From an uncultured Verrucomicrobiae bacterium (lineage in GTDB: Bacteria > Verrucomicrobiota > Verrucomicrobiia > Chthoniobacterales > JAATET01), in the NCBI GenBank assembly GCA_963719495.1, contig CAVRCI010000005.1, forward strand, positions 128,001-192,000: a stretch of DNA of 64,000 nt, in the 5' to 3' direction. Position 1 is the stretch's first letter. The number at the start of each line of letters is the position of its first letter. The notes under the pieces are model-generated. The model searched no databases and was not told the DNA's origin. It was given only the letters and a program-made list of their open reading frames with translations. The translations under genes and the position numbers were made by a program. This document shows, in pieces, positions 43,127-54,880 of this stretch.

Positions 43127-44422
43127 ATGCGCATCGTGTTCGCCTCCCTTGGTTCGCTGGGCGACCTCCATCCGCTGCTCGCCCTGGCCGCCGCCACCCG
43201 CGACCGGGGCCACGATCCGCTGATCGCCGCGTCCGAAATCTACCGCGACGACATCGGGAAGGTCGGCTTCGCCTTCCACCCGATCCGGCCCGACTTCGAA
43301 TTCGAATCCGGTCTCGTCGCCCGCCTTTTCGATCCCGTTCGCGGCCCCCAGCGCCTCATGCGGGAGCAGGTTTTCCCCAGCGTCCGCGAGACCTACGCCG
43401 ACCTCGTCGCCGCCACCGACAACGCCGACCTCCTCGTCGTCGGCGAACTCCTTTACGTCGCACCACTCGTCGCCGCCAAGCGTAAAATCCCGTGGATAAA
43501 CGCCGTCCTCGCCCCCACCTCGTTCCTCTCCGCCTACGATCCCTGCGTGCTCGCCCCCGCCCCGGCCCTCCACCCCCTACGACACCTCGGGACCTGGCCG
43601 CACCGACTGATCTTCGCCCTCGGTCGCCGGGTCACGTCCCGCTGGAGCGCACCGCTCACCGCCTTCCGCCGCGAACTCGGATTTCCGCCCGCCGGCAGTC
43701 CGATCTTCGACGCCAAACACTCCCCGTCCCTCACGCTCGCGCTCTTTCCGGAATTTCTCGCCGCCCCCCAGCGGGACTGGCCCACCAGCACCCGGCAGAC
43801 GGGATTCGTCTACTTCACCCAGTCCGCCCAGCCGGACGTCGTCCGTCGAATCGAGAAATTCAAAGCCGCCGGCGACCCACCCATCGTTTTCACCCTCGGT
43901 TCCTCGGTCGTCCACATCGCCAGGGAGTTTTACGATTGGGCTGCCCGCGTCGCCTCCGATCTCGGCCGCCGCGCCATCCTCCTCACCGGCAAAAACGCCG
44001 TCCCCGCCGATCTGCCGCCGTCGCTCCTCGCGATCGACTACGCCCCACTCGAACACGTCCTGCCCGGAGCGGCCGCCGTCGTCCACCAAGGCGGCGTCGG
44101 CACCTGCGCCGAGGCGCTGCGCTGGGGCGTCCCGTCGCTCGTCATCCCCTTCGGATTCGACCAACCCGACAACGCCAAACGCCTCCACCACCTCGGCGTC
44201 GCCCACGTCCTCCCCCGCCGCAAACTCTCCGCCGCCCGCCTCGCCGCCCACCTCCGCACTCTCCTCGCCGACGACCGCGTCCAAGCCAAAGCGCGATCTT
44301 TAAGCACCCAAATCGATCCCACCGCCGCGCTCGACGATTCCATCAAAGCGTTGGAAACTCTCGCCGCCGTCCCGACACCACCCACCGCGTCAACGCCACC
44401 CGCCACTCCGTCCCTCCGGTAG
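43127..44422 (+). CDS. Family 1 glycosyltransferase (RhlB-like)
   Basis: GSLGDLHP, FTLGS, VHQGGVGT, PFGFDQPDNA. Confidence 0.92.
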   Translation: MRIVFASLGSLGDLHPLLALAAATRDRGHDPLIAASEIYRDDIGKVGFAFHPIRPDFEFESGLVARLFDPVRGPQRLMREQVFPSVRETYADLVAATDNADLLVVGELLYVAPLVAAKRKIPWINAVLAPTSFLSAYDPCVLAPAPALHPLRHLGTWPHRLIFALGRRVTSRWSAPLTAFRRELGFPPAGSPIFDAKHSPSLTLALFPEFLAAPQRDWPTSTRQTGFVYFTQSAQPDVVRRIEKFKAAGDPPIVFTLGSSVVHIAREFYDWAARVASDLGRRAILLTGKNAVPADLPPSLLAIDYAPLEHVLPGAAAVVHQGGVGTCAEALRWGVPSLVIPFGFDQPDNAKRLHHLGVAHVLPRRKLSAARLAAHLRTLLADDRVQAKARSLSTQIDPTAALDDSIKALETLAAVPTPPTASTPPATPSLR

Positions 44423-44437
44423 CCTCAGTAACGACCC

Positions 44438-46228
44438 ATGCCCGAAGAGACCACACCACCCGTCAGCCGACTCACCTCCCTCCGCCGCGCCGCCGCCGTC
44501 TTCCGAACGATTCGCCCCTACCGCGTCCGTTTCGCCGGGGCCATCGTCGCGCTCGTCGTCGCCACCGGCTTCGGACTCACGTTCCCCTACCTCACCGGCC
44601 TGCTCCTCGACGCCGCCAGCGGGAACAGCGACGCCACCAACTGGACCGGCAGCATCAATTCCATCGCCCTCGTCCTCCTCGGCACGCTGGCGATCCAGGC
44701 CGCCTTCTCGTTCTTTGCAAGCTACTGGTTCTACAGTTGCGGCGAGACGGCCACCGTCGACCTCCGCCGCGAAATCTTCGCCCGCCTGATCGGCCTCCCG
44801 ATGGACTTCTTCGGCCAACGCCGCGTCGGCGAACTCTCCAGCCGGATGACCTCCGACCTCACCCTCCTGCAGGACACGCTCACCATGACGGTCCCGCAAT
44901 TTCTTCGCCAATGCCTCCTCATGTCGGGCGGCCTCACGCTCGTCGCGGTCACTTCGATCAAACTCACCGGCTTGATGATCTGCACCTTCCCGGTCCTCAT
45001 CCTCATCGCCATCCTCTTCGGCAAGCGCGTGCGCGTGCATTCCCGCGAGGCCCAGGACCGCATGGCCGACACAGTCACCACCATCGAGGAATCCCTCCAA
45101 GGCATCGCGAACGTCAAAGCCTTCGGCAACGAAGCCTTCGAACTCCGCCGCTACACCGATGGCCTCCAGGCCTTCCTCCGCGTCATCCTCCGCACCGCCC
45201 GCCTCCGCGCCGCGATGGTCTCGTTCATCATCTTCGGCATCTTTGGCTCCATCGTCGTCGTCTTCTGGTATGGCGCGCAGCTCATGCAAACCGGCCAGCT
45301 GACCTTCGGCGAATTCACCCGCTTCATCCTCTACACCACCTTCGTCGGCGGCTCCGTCGCCTCGTTCGCCGACGTCTTCTCACACGTCCAAAAAACCCTC
45401 GGCGCCACCGAGCGAGTCCGCGAACTCCTCGACGAAACCCCCGAAATCCTCGCGACCGCCGACCCCACCCCCGCCCCCCGCGTCCGCGGCGACGTCCACT
45501 TCGACGCCGTCGATTTCCGCTACCCGTCCCGGCCCGAGATTCCCGTCCTCCGCGACCTCACCCTCCGCGCCGCCGCCGGCGAAAAGATCGCCCTCGTCGG
45601 CCCCAGCGGAGCCGGCAAATCCACCATCGTCTCGCTCCTCCTCCGCTTTCACGAACCCGACGCCGGCGCCATCCGCATCGACGACCGCCCCACCACCGAC
45701 TTCACCCTCCCCGCCCTCCGCGACCAGATGGCCATCGTCCCCCAGGAAGTCCTCCTCTTCGGCGGCACCATCGAGGAGAACATCCGCTACGGCCGGCCAA
45801 CCGCGACCAACGAAGAAATCCTCGCCGCCTCCCGCCAGGCGGCCTGCCACGAATTCATCGAACGCTTCCCCGAAGGTTACGCCACCCTCGTCGGCGAACG
45901 CGGCGTCAAACTCTCCGGCGGCCAACGCCAGCGTATCGCCATCGCCCGCGCCCTGCTCAAGGATCCCGCCATCCTCATCCTCGACGAGGCCACCAGCGCC
46001 CTCGACTCCGAAAGCGAGCACCTCATCCAACGGGCTCTCAATGCCCTGCTCGAGAACCGCACCGCCATCATCATCGCCCACCGCCTCGCCACCGTCCGCA
46101 AGGTCGACCGCATCTACGTCATCGAAGACGGCACCGTCCTCGAATCCGGCAACCACGACGAGCTCATCGCCAAACCCGACGGCCACTACCGCCGCCTCGC
46201 GGAAATGCAGTTCGCCACCCAGGAATAA
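44438..46228 (+). CDS. ABC exporter, fused TMD-NBD (MsbA-like)
   Basis: GPSGAGKST, LSGGQRQR, LDEATSALD, IAHRL. Confidence 0.95.
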   Translation: MPEETTPPVSRLTSLRRAAAVFRTIRPYRVRFAGAIVALVVATGFGLTFPYLTGLLLDAASGNSDATNWTGSINSIALVLLGTLAIQAAFSFFASYWFYSCGETATVDLRREIFARLIGLPMDFFGQRRVGELSSRMTSDLTLLQDTLTMTVPQFLRQCLLMSGGLTLVAVTSIKLTGLMICTFPVLILIAILFGKRVRVHSREAQDRMADTVTTIEESLQGIANVKAFGNEAFELRRYTDGLQAFLRVILRTARLRAAMVSFIIFGIFGSIVVVFWYGAQLMQTGQLTFGEFTRFILYTTFVGGSVASFADVFSHVQKTLGATERVRELLDETPEILATADPTPAPRVRGDVHFDAVDFRYPSRPEIPVLRDLTLRAAAGEKIALVGPSGAGKSTIVSLLLRFHEPDAGAIRIDDRPTTDFTLPALRDQMAIVPQEVLLFGGTIEENIRYGRPTATNEEILAASRQAACHEFIERFPEGYATLVGERGVKLSGGQRQRIAIARALLKDPAILILDEATSALDSESEHLIQRALNALLENRTAIIIAHRLATVRKVDRIYVIEDGTVLESGNHDELIAKPDGHYRRLAEMQFATQE

Positions 46229-46253
46229 TCACCCGCCGCGTGCTTCGATCCGT

Positions 46254-46619
46254 TCAAGTCGGATCGAACCAATCGAAGATCCCCGAAAGATCGAGATCCG
46301 GCCATTCCAGCCACGACAGGTCGATGTCCGGCCACTCGAACCCCGCCCCGTCCGCGAGATCGGCCAGCATCGCCGCCCGCATCGTGGCGTAATCGCACAC
46401 CTCGCCCGCCGCCTCGTGCAACGCCTTGAAATCCTCCGGCGTCGAATAAAAGCAATACGCCCAACAGTGGATGTCCACCGGATAGCCGCGCCTCGTCGCC
46501 GCCCGGCCAACCTCGCCGGGCTTGTAATACTTCCGCTTCCCGTGCCGGGCGACCAACTCCTCGCCGACATCGCTAACGAATCTGCGTTTATCCGATGGCT
46601 CCAAATGACAGGCCGACAC
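46254..46619 (-). CDS. Hypothetical protein
   Basis: Plausible ORF with acidic/Trp tail (WPDIDLSWLEWPDLDLS). Confidence 0.6.
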   Translation of the reverse strand: MSACHLEPSDKRRFVSDVGEELVARHGKRKYYKPGEVGRAATRRGYPVDIHCWAYCFYSTPEDFKALHEAAGEVCDYATMRAAMLADLADGAGFEWPDIDLSWLEWPDLDLSGIFDWFDPT

Positions 46620-46799
46620 GGCGCGAGAATGGCCCCGCTACGACCGCAGAGCAATTCCGCATCACCCCGTAAGCCACCAAGTCACCAGCACCCACGCCAA
46701 CCTTCCCTTTGCACGATTCGCGAGGAGTTGTATGATTCGTAAAAGCACGAAATCTCAAAGCGCGGCCTCCCCCCGGCCCGCGGACCCCTCGTCCCCGCA

Positions 46800-47672
46800 A
46801 TGAAAATCCGTCCCTACATCCACTCCATCGGCATCTGTTTCTCTGCCGCCCTGTCCATCTTCGGCGGTCACGCCGTGCAAGCCACCGGCGGCAATCTCAA
46901 AGACGCTTCCAAGAAAAAAAACCGCGCCAGCCAAAGCGAACGCGAAAAGGCCGAGGACGGGATCACCAGCACCCCCGGCCAATATTTCAATCCAGCCAAG
47001 CGCGGCGGCGAACGGTACCCTTGGAAAACCGGCATCGTCACCACCACGTTTTGGGTCGGCGAAAAACCTTCGCAGAACAACCCCGTCCCCAATCACCAGA
47101 GTTCGTGGGACCGCGACTGGGCGAAGAACTACGGCGGCACCGACACGCCGGACAAGGAACGCCGGAATTCCGAGTTCATCCCCGCCTCGTTCAAGCCGCG
47201 TCAAAACCCCTTCTACATCGCACTCCCCTACAACGACAAAACCATCCATGGCCACAAAAAGGAGGCCGCGAGCGTCATCCCGTGGTTCAAAGACAACTAC
47301 GCCGGACCGCACGAATCCGTCTGCAAGGGACGTTGGATCGCCATCCGCTTTCAGGGAAAAATCGCCTACGCCCAGTGGGAGGACGTGGGCCCCTTCCGGA
47401 CGGATCATTGGGAATACGTCTTCGGCAACGAACGACCGAAGCCAAATCTGAACAAAGGAGCCGGCCTCGACGTCTCACCCGCCGTCCGTGACTACCTTGG
47501 AATGAGCGGCACCGACGTCACCGACTGGAAATTCGTCGAATTCGAAGAGGTCCCGCCCGGCCCGTGGGCGCGCTACGGCGACAACAACACCTTCGTCCAG
47601 CATCGCCGCATCATCGACGCCGCGACCATCACGGCGGACGACGTCGCCGAGGGTGAGACCACGCTGAACTGA
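46800..47672 (+). CDS. Secreted protein, possibly double-psi beta-barrel (RlpA/expansin-like)
   Basis: Signal peptide; YIALP, WEDVGP, GLDVSPAV. Confidence 0.65.
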   Translation: MKIRPYIHSIGICFSAALSIFGGHAVQATGGNLKDASKKKNRASQSEREKAEDGITSTPGQYFNPAKRGGERYPWKTGIVTTTFWVGEKPSQNNPVPNHQSSWDRDWAKNYGGTDTPDKERRNSEFIPASFKPRQNPFYIALPYNDKTIHGHKKEAASVIPWFKDNYAGPHESVCKGRWIAIRFQGKIAYAQWEDVGPFRTDHWEYVFGNERPKPNLNKGAGLDVSPAVRDYLGMSGTDVTDWKFVEFEEVPPGPWARYGDNNTFVQHRRIIDAATITADDVAEGETTLN

Positions 47673-47684
47673 GTTCAGAAAAAA

Positions 47685-47766
47685 TACCGGCGGAGGGGAT
47701 CGAACCCACACTCCGTAAGGAACACGATTTTGAGTCGCGCGCGTCTGCCAATTCCGCCACGCCGGC
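47685..47766 (-). tRNA. tRNA-Leu(CAA), CCA not encoded
   Basis: GCCGGCG acceptor, TGGCAGAC D-loop, CTCAAAA anticodon loop, long variable arm, GTTCGA. Confidence 0.96.
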
Positions 47767-47972
47767 CGTGAACAGGAAAAGATGCGCAACGGTCAGTCGA
47801 AAGACAACCGCAATCTAGCGGCGAAAGCCGCTCCATCGTAGCAACCTGTCATCCTGAGCGCAGCGAAGGATCTCTGGCATACACTCCACCCGCCACCATT
47901 CACCATTCACCACTCACCACTCACCATTCCCTTCCCCTCCCCCGGCGACAATGACACACTCGCCCACGATCC

Positions 47973-48893
47973 ATGGTCGCCTTCGTCATTCGCCGCCTCG
48001 CCGCCCTGGTCGTCGTCCTCTTCCTCGTCGTCTCCGCGACGTTTTTCCTCATCCGGCTCTCCCCCGGTGGTCCGTTCGACTCCGAGCGTAAGATCCCCGA
48101 AGCCATCGAGAAGCAGCTCCTCGCCAAATACAAACTCGACGGCACCCTCTGGCAGCAATACAGCGGCTACCTCGGCGATCTCGTTCGCGGCGACCTCCGG
48201 CTCTCGACCAAATACCGCAGCCGCTCCGTCAACGAGATTCTCGCCCAGACCCTTCCCGTCACGTTCGTCCTCGGCTCCGCGGCCTTCCTGATCGCGTCCA
48301 TCGGCGGCGTCTGGCTCGGAGCGTTCGCCGCCGTCCGCCACCACACCTGGGGCGACGCCGGCTCCATGCTCTTTGCCCTCCTCGCGATCTCGCTCCCCGC
48401 CTTCGTCACCGGCCCGCTCGCCATCCTCGTCTTCGCCCTCGGCCTCGGCTGGTTCCCCGTCGGCGGTTGGGGCGGCCTTTCCCACCTCGTCCTTCCCGCC
48501 ACCATCCTCGCCGCCCCCTACGTCGCCTACATCGCCCGCCTCATGCGCAGCAGTATGCTCGACACCCTGCACCAGGACTTCGTCCGCACCGCTTACGCCA
48601 AAGGCCTCGGAGCCCGCACCGTCCTCTACAAACACGCCCTCCGCGTCGCCATCCTCCCCGTCATCTCCTTTCTCGGCCCCCTCGCCGCCCACCTTCTCAC
48701 CGGCTCCATCGTCGTCGAAACCATCTTCAACATCCCCGGAGCCGGCGGATTTTTCGTGAATTCGATCCAAAACCGAGACGGCTTCCTGCTCGGCGGCGTC
48801 GTCATCGTCTACTGCGTCCTGCTGGTCGTCTTCAACCTCATCGTCGACATTGCCTACACCCTGCTCGACCGGAGGATCGCACTCGATGGCTGA
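47973..48893 (+). CDS. oppB: Oligopeptide ABC permease
   Basis: PGGPF, DFVRTAYAKGL, ETIFNIPG. Confidence 0.9.
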   Translation: MVAFVIRRLAALVVVLFLVVSATFFLIRLSPGGPFDSERKIPEAIEKQLLAKYKLDGTLWQQYSGYLGDLVRGDLRLSTKYRSRSVNEILAQTLPVTFVLGSAAFLIASIGGVWLGAFAAVRHHTWGDAGSMLFALLAISLPAFVTGPLAILVFALGLGWFPVGGWGGLSHLVLPATILAAPYVAYIARLMRSSMLDTLHQDFVRTAYAKGLGARTVLYKHALRVAILPVISFLGPLAAHLLTGSIVVETIFNIPGAGGFFVNSIQNRDGFLLGGVVIVYCVLLVVFNLIVDIAYTLLDRRIALDG

Positions 48894-49779
48894 TCCCCGC
48901 GCCTGGCGTCGCCTCCGCTCCAATCCCGTCGCCATCGCGTCCGCCGCGATCCTGACCTTCGTGGTCCTGGCGGCCATCTTCGGCCCGCTCTTCGTCCCGG
49001 AGTCCTACCGCGACCCCAGCACGCTCCAATACGCCGCGCCGTCCTGGGCGCACCCGTTCGGCACCGATCTCAACGGCCGCGACGTTCTCTACCGCGTCCT
49101 CACCGGCACGCGCCTCTCCCTCATCGTCGGCCTCTGCGGAGCCGTCGTCAGTCTCTTCATCGGCACCGCCTACGGCCTGATCGCCGGCTACGTCGGCGGT
49201 CGCGTCGACGCCGCGATGATGCGATTCGTCGACGTCCTGTATTCCATCCCCCGCCTCATCTTCATCCTCATCGCGATCAACGCCTTCAACGGTTACCTCG
49301 AACAATTCGCCGCCGAGCGCGGCTGGGATTGGTTCGTCGGCTACTCCCGCATTTTCATTCTCATCGTCTCCCTTGGCGTCATCGAATGGCTCACCATGGC
49401 CCGCATCGTCCGAGGCCAGGTCCTCGCATTGAAGACCCGCCAATACGTCCTCGCCGCTCGCTCCCTCGGCCAATCCCACTTCGCAATCCTCATCCGCCAC
49501 CTCCTCCCGAACCTCCTGGGAATCATCATCATCTACCTCACCCTCACGATCCCCTCAGTCATCATCGACGAATCCTTCCTCTCCTTCCTGGGTCTGGGAA
49601 TCCAACCCCCCATGGCCAGCCTGGGCTCGCTCCTCGCCGATGGAGCCGGAGCGATCAATCCAGTGAGAAGCTTCTGGTGGATGATCGTCTTCCCCGCCGC
49701 CGCCATGGCCGCCACCCTCCTGGCGCTCAACTTCCTGGGCGACGCCCTGAGAGATGCCCTAGATCCAAGGGGCAAATAA
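48886..49779 (+). CDS. oppC: Oligopeptide ABC permease
   Basis: HPFGTDLNGRD, ARIVRGQ, ESFLSFLGLG, GDALRDALDP. Confidence 0.9.
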   Translation: MADPRAWRRLRSNPVAIASAAILTFVVLAAIFGPLFVPESYRDPSTLQYAAPSWAHPFGTDLNGRDVLYRVLTGTRLSLIVGLCGAVVSLFIGTAYGLIAGYVGGRVDAAMMRFVDVLYSIPRLIFILIAINAFNGYLEQFAAERGWDWFVGYSRIFILIVSLGVIEWLTMARIVRGQVLALKTRQYVLAARSLGQSHFAILIRHLLPNLLGIIIIYLTLTIPSVIIDESFLSFLGLGIQPPMASLGSLLADGAGAINPVRSFWWMIVFPAAAMAATLLALNFLGDALRDALDPRGK

Positions 49780-49812
49780 AAGGGGACGAAGTCCCCGCCC
49801 CATCCCCCAACC

Positions 49813-50243
49813 TGTCATTCTGAGCGAAGCGAAGAATCTCTGGCATACACTCCTCACTCCATGCGCGACCACGACTACTGGGTCTACATCCTCACCAACA
49901 AAAGCCAATCGACCCTCTACACCGGCGTAACCAGCCAACTCGGCGTCCGCCTAGCCCAGCACAAAACCGGCGAAAAGCCCGGCTTCACCACCCGCTACCA
50001 CCTAGACCGCCTCGTCTGGTTCGAGCACTTCCGAGACATCCGCGACGCCATCACCTGCGAAAAGCGCCTTAAAGGCTGGCGACGGGAACGAAAGATCGAG
50101 GTGATCGAGCGAACGAACCCAAAGTGGCACGACCTGAGCCGGGACCTCTACGAAGAGCCGCCTGTCCCACCTGCGGAGAACGACGCCGAATATCTGTGGA
50201 CGAGAGTGTAAGCCAGAGATCTTTCGCTTCGCTCAAGATGACA
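49813..50243. mobile_element. GIY-YIG gene cassette bounded by ~40-bp inverted TGTC-REP repeats
   Basis: 49813-49852 and 50203-50243 are inverted copies; a third copy lies at 50290. Confidence 0.7.
49861..50211 (+). CDS. GIY-YIG nuclease family protein
   Basis: WVYILTN, LYTGVT, LAQHK, EKRLKGWRR..K, NPKW.DL. Confidence 0.95.
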   Translation: MRDHDYWVYILTNKSQSTLYTGVTSQLGVRLAQHKTGEKPGFTTRYHLDRLVWFEHFRDIRDAITCEKRLKGWRRERKIEVIERTNPKWHDLSRDLYEEPPVPPAENDAEYLWTRV

Positions 50244-50384
50244 TAATTAAGAGGGGATCCCGGAGGTCGCGAAAGCGTGTCGTCCAACCTGTCATGCTGA
50301 GCGAAGCGAAGCATCTCTGGCTGACACTCCTCACCGCCCGGCACCACCCCAACCGCCGCCACGCCTGACACCACCCCCTGCCCC

Positions 50385-51440
50385 CTACCCCCGCATCCCC
50401 GGCAAAATCGCCGGCAAAATCTCATCCAACTCATCCACCACCACAAAATCCCCCGGCTTGCTCATCGTCCGAATCATCGCAATCACCGAATCCCAAAACG
50501 CCACCCCCTCCGCGTTCTTTCGGTTGAAAACCACCACCGGCTTCCCCTCCATCAGCGCGTTCCCCTGATGCTTGAAGATCATCAAAGCCAGCAGCTCCTG
50601 CACCGTCCCCGCCCCGCCCGGGAAGATCACGAACGCGTCCGAATTTTCGATCATCACCTCCATCCGGGTGTAAATGTCCGGCCGCAGCCAGAAGCACGAC
50701 AGCCCGTCCGGAAGCCCTTCCAGCCGAATGATGTGCGGCACGTTCGAACCCGCCGTCCAGCCCCCCGCCTTCACCGCCCCCCGCACCACCGCGCCCATGA
50801 TCCCCGACCGCCCTGCCCCGGAAACGCAACCAATCTTGTTCTCAGCTAAAATCCGACCCAATGCCTCACCGTCGGCCAAATAATTCGGCTCATCCAAGGA
50901 AGCCGAACAGAACACGCAGGCGCTCCCGATGTAGTCCGCGGGAATTGGCGTCTCCATGATCGTCACCTCGGCGTCCTCGAATTTGTGCCGCCCCGCCTCC
51001 GGATGCCCGGTCATCCGAATGAGATCCAGCTGCTCGAGCACCGCTTCCGCCGAGTCGACCATGTGCAGATACAGGTCATACTCCTGCTGCACGGTCCCCA
51101 TCGCTTTCAGATGCGCCAGCACGTCAAAGAGCGAATCCCACGACCCGTCTTCGTTGAGAATCACCGTCGGCTTGCCAGCCAAATTCTGATCCAGCGTTTG
51201 AAACCCCACGAAGATCGAGATCGCCTTGAACATGTCCTCGAGCGTCGCCCCCGGAGTGAACACGAACGCGTCCGACTCGATGATCTTCTTCTCGATGTTC
51301 GCCAGCGATATCCGCTGATCCCCATTCGAATTGTAAATGTCCCACCCCTTCGCAAACAGGAGGTAAAGCAGGCGGGCGCGGGAAGCCCGGTTTGGGTCAT
51401 CCGCACCCGTCACCGTCCCGGAGAGTCTAATTTTTGGCAT
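50385..51440 (-). CDS. LOG family protein with a degenerate N-terminal LOG-like domain
   Basis: C-terminal VFCSAS, GIMGAV, SDAFVIFPGGAGTVQE; N-terminal SDAFVFTPG. Confidence 0.85.
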   Translation of the reverse strand: MPKIRLSGTVTGADDPNRASRARLLYLLFAKGWDIYNSNGDQRISLANIEKKIIESDAFVFTPGATLEDMFKAISIFVGFQTLDQNLAGKPTVILNEDGSWDSLFDVLAHLKAMGTVQQEYDLYLHMVDSAEAVLEQLDLIRMTGHPEAGRHKFEDAEVTIMETPIPADYIGSACVFCSASLDEPNYLADGEALGRILAENKIGCVSGAGRSGIMGAVVRGAVKAGGWTAGSNVPHIIRLEGLPDGLSCFWLRPDIYTRMEVMIENSDAFVIFPGGAGTVQELLALMIFKHQGNALMEGKPVVVFNRKNAEGVAFWDSVIAMIRTMSKPGDFVVVDELDEILPAILPGMRG

Positions 51441-51637
51441 ACGTCTTATGAAGTCAGCGTCACGGTGGAGCAGCTATCACGCCGAAATCAGCGCACCGGG
51501 GAAAACAGGGTTGCGTTCGGCGGTCTCCGCTTCGCTCCGGCTCCAGCCTGTCCCGCCGGGCATCCTTGCCCGGCGGCCGCACGCCACGAATCGACCGTTT
51601 TCACAAAACCCACCGCCGCCAACTCGATCCGCGCCCA

Positions 51638-53599
<1,962 letters not shown>

Positions 53600-53709
53600 T
53601 TAAGAATTAAGCCATTCCCACGCCACGGCACGCCACCGAAGGGTCCGGAAAAAGCCCGGGGAGCCCATCCCCACTTAAAACTTAATTCTTAAGTCTTAAA
53701 ACTTCACCC

Positions 53710-53800
53710 GTCCTCCCTTCGCCGGCATGACCCGGATCAGGTTCAAAGGGTCGTCGGAAATCAGGTCCCAACCTCTCAGCCACATGCGGCTCCCCCGTTT
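53710..53800 (-). promoter_or_regulatory. TPP riboswitch
   Basis: Minus strand GGGGAG..GCTGAGAG...CCCTTTGAACCTGATCCGGGTCATGCCGGCGAAGGGA upstream of thiC. Confidence 0.95.
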
Positions 53801-53889
53801 CCGTTGAAAATAGGCGTGACGCCCCCCGCGTCAATCGTCGACTTTTTGCAACCTCACCCCAATCCGAAATCCGAAATCCGAAATCCGCA

Positions 53890-54852
53890 ATTCTAGTCGT
53901 TTGCCACAAGCAGCTCGGCGACATGGTTCTGCTCGAACCCGCCCTCGCCCGGCTCGCCAGCGCGTCCGGTCGTCCCGTCGAACTCCTCACCCGCAGCGGC
54001 CACGCTCCGCTGATCTCGCTCATGGAGGGCGTCCGCACGACCTCCCGCGCCTGGCTCCGCCGCTTCGACGCGGTCTACTGCTACGACCACCTCGACAAAT
54101 CCGCCCTTCACGCGATCTCTGCCTTCGCCCCAAAAAAGAATCTCCTCCTCCGCTCGCCCGCCGAAATCACCAAGCTCCACCGCATCGCCTTCGACGAAAT
54201 CCGCGCCCCCGGCATTGGCGATAAATTCCTCTCCGACTACAACTGGACCTACACCCCCGCCGACACCCCAGCCCCCTATCGCCTCCCCCGTCTCAACCTT
54301 CCACCCGACGCTTGGGCCCCGCCCGACGCCCCCCACGGCGACTACCTCGTCCTCAACTCCACCGCCGGCTGGAAGAGCAAACGCTGGAAGTCCTCCGCCT
54401 GGGCCGAAGTCCTCCAGCACCTCCTCGACCAGGGCGTTCCCCGCATCCTCGTCACCAGCGGCGGCCAGGATTGGCAAATCGAGCACGCCCGCCGCATCAC
54501 CGAGACCGTCGCCGACCCCCGCGTCACCGGACTCGGCGGCCAAACGAAGCTCGGGGAATTCCTCCACCTCGTTTCGCGCGCCAAAATGATCCTCGGCGTC
54601 GACGGAGCCGCCTCCCACCTGGCCAACGCCTTCGGCGGCCGCAGCCTCACCCTCTTCTTCCGCACCAACCCCCACAACTGGCACCACCCCACCCCCACCA
54701 GCCAAGCCATCCTCGCCGACCACGACGAAGAAACCGACAGTTACGAAATCAACCCGGAAGAAGTCACCAAAGCCGCCACCCAACTCTGGAAAGCCACCAA
54801 CCAAGCGCCGAAGGCATCCACCCCGGAGGGCGAGGCTCCCGCCGAGCCGTGA
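53890..54852 (+). CDS. Family 9 glycosyltransferase (heptosyltransferase-like); no canonical in-frame start before its first motif
   Basis: ILVVCHKQLGDMVL, SKRW, GQTKLGE, GVDGAASHLANA. Confidence 0.85.
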   Translation: MLVVCHKQLGDMVLLEPALARLASASGRPVELLTRSGHAPLISLMEGVRTTSRAWLRRFDAVYCYDHLDKSALHAISAFAPKKNLLLRSPAEITKLHRIAFDEIRAPGIGDKFLSDYNWTYTPADTPAPYRLPRLNLPPDAWAPPDAPHGDYLVLNSTAGWKSKRWKSSAWAEVLQHLLDQGVPRILVTSGGQDWQIEHARRITETVADPRVTGLGGQTKLGEFLHLVSRAKMILGVDGAASHLANAFGGRSLTLFFRTNPHNWHHPTPTSQAILADHDEETDSYEINPEEVTKAATQLWKATNQAPKASTPEGEAPAEP

Positions 54853-54880
54853 CTCCCCACCCCAGACTTCCGCAAAACCG

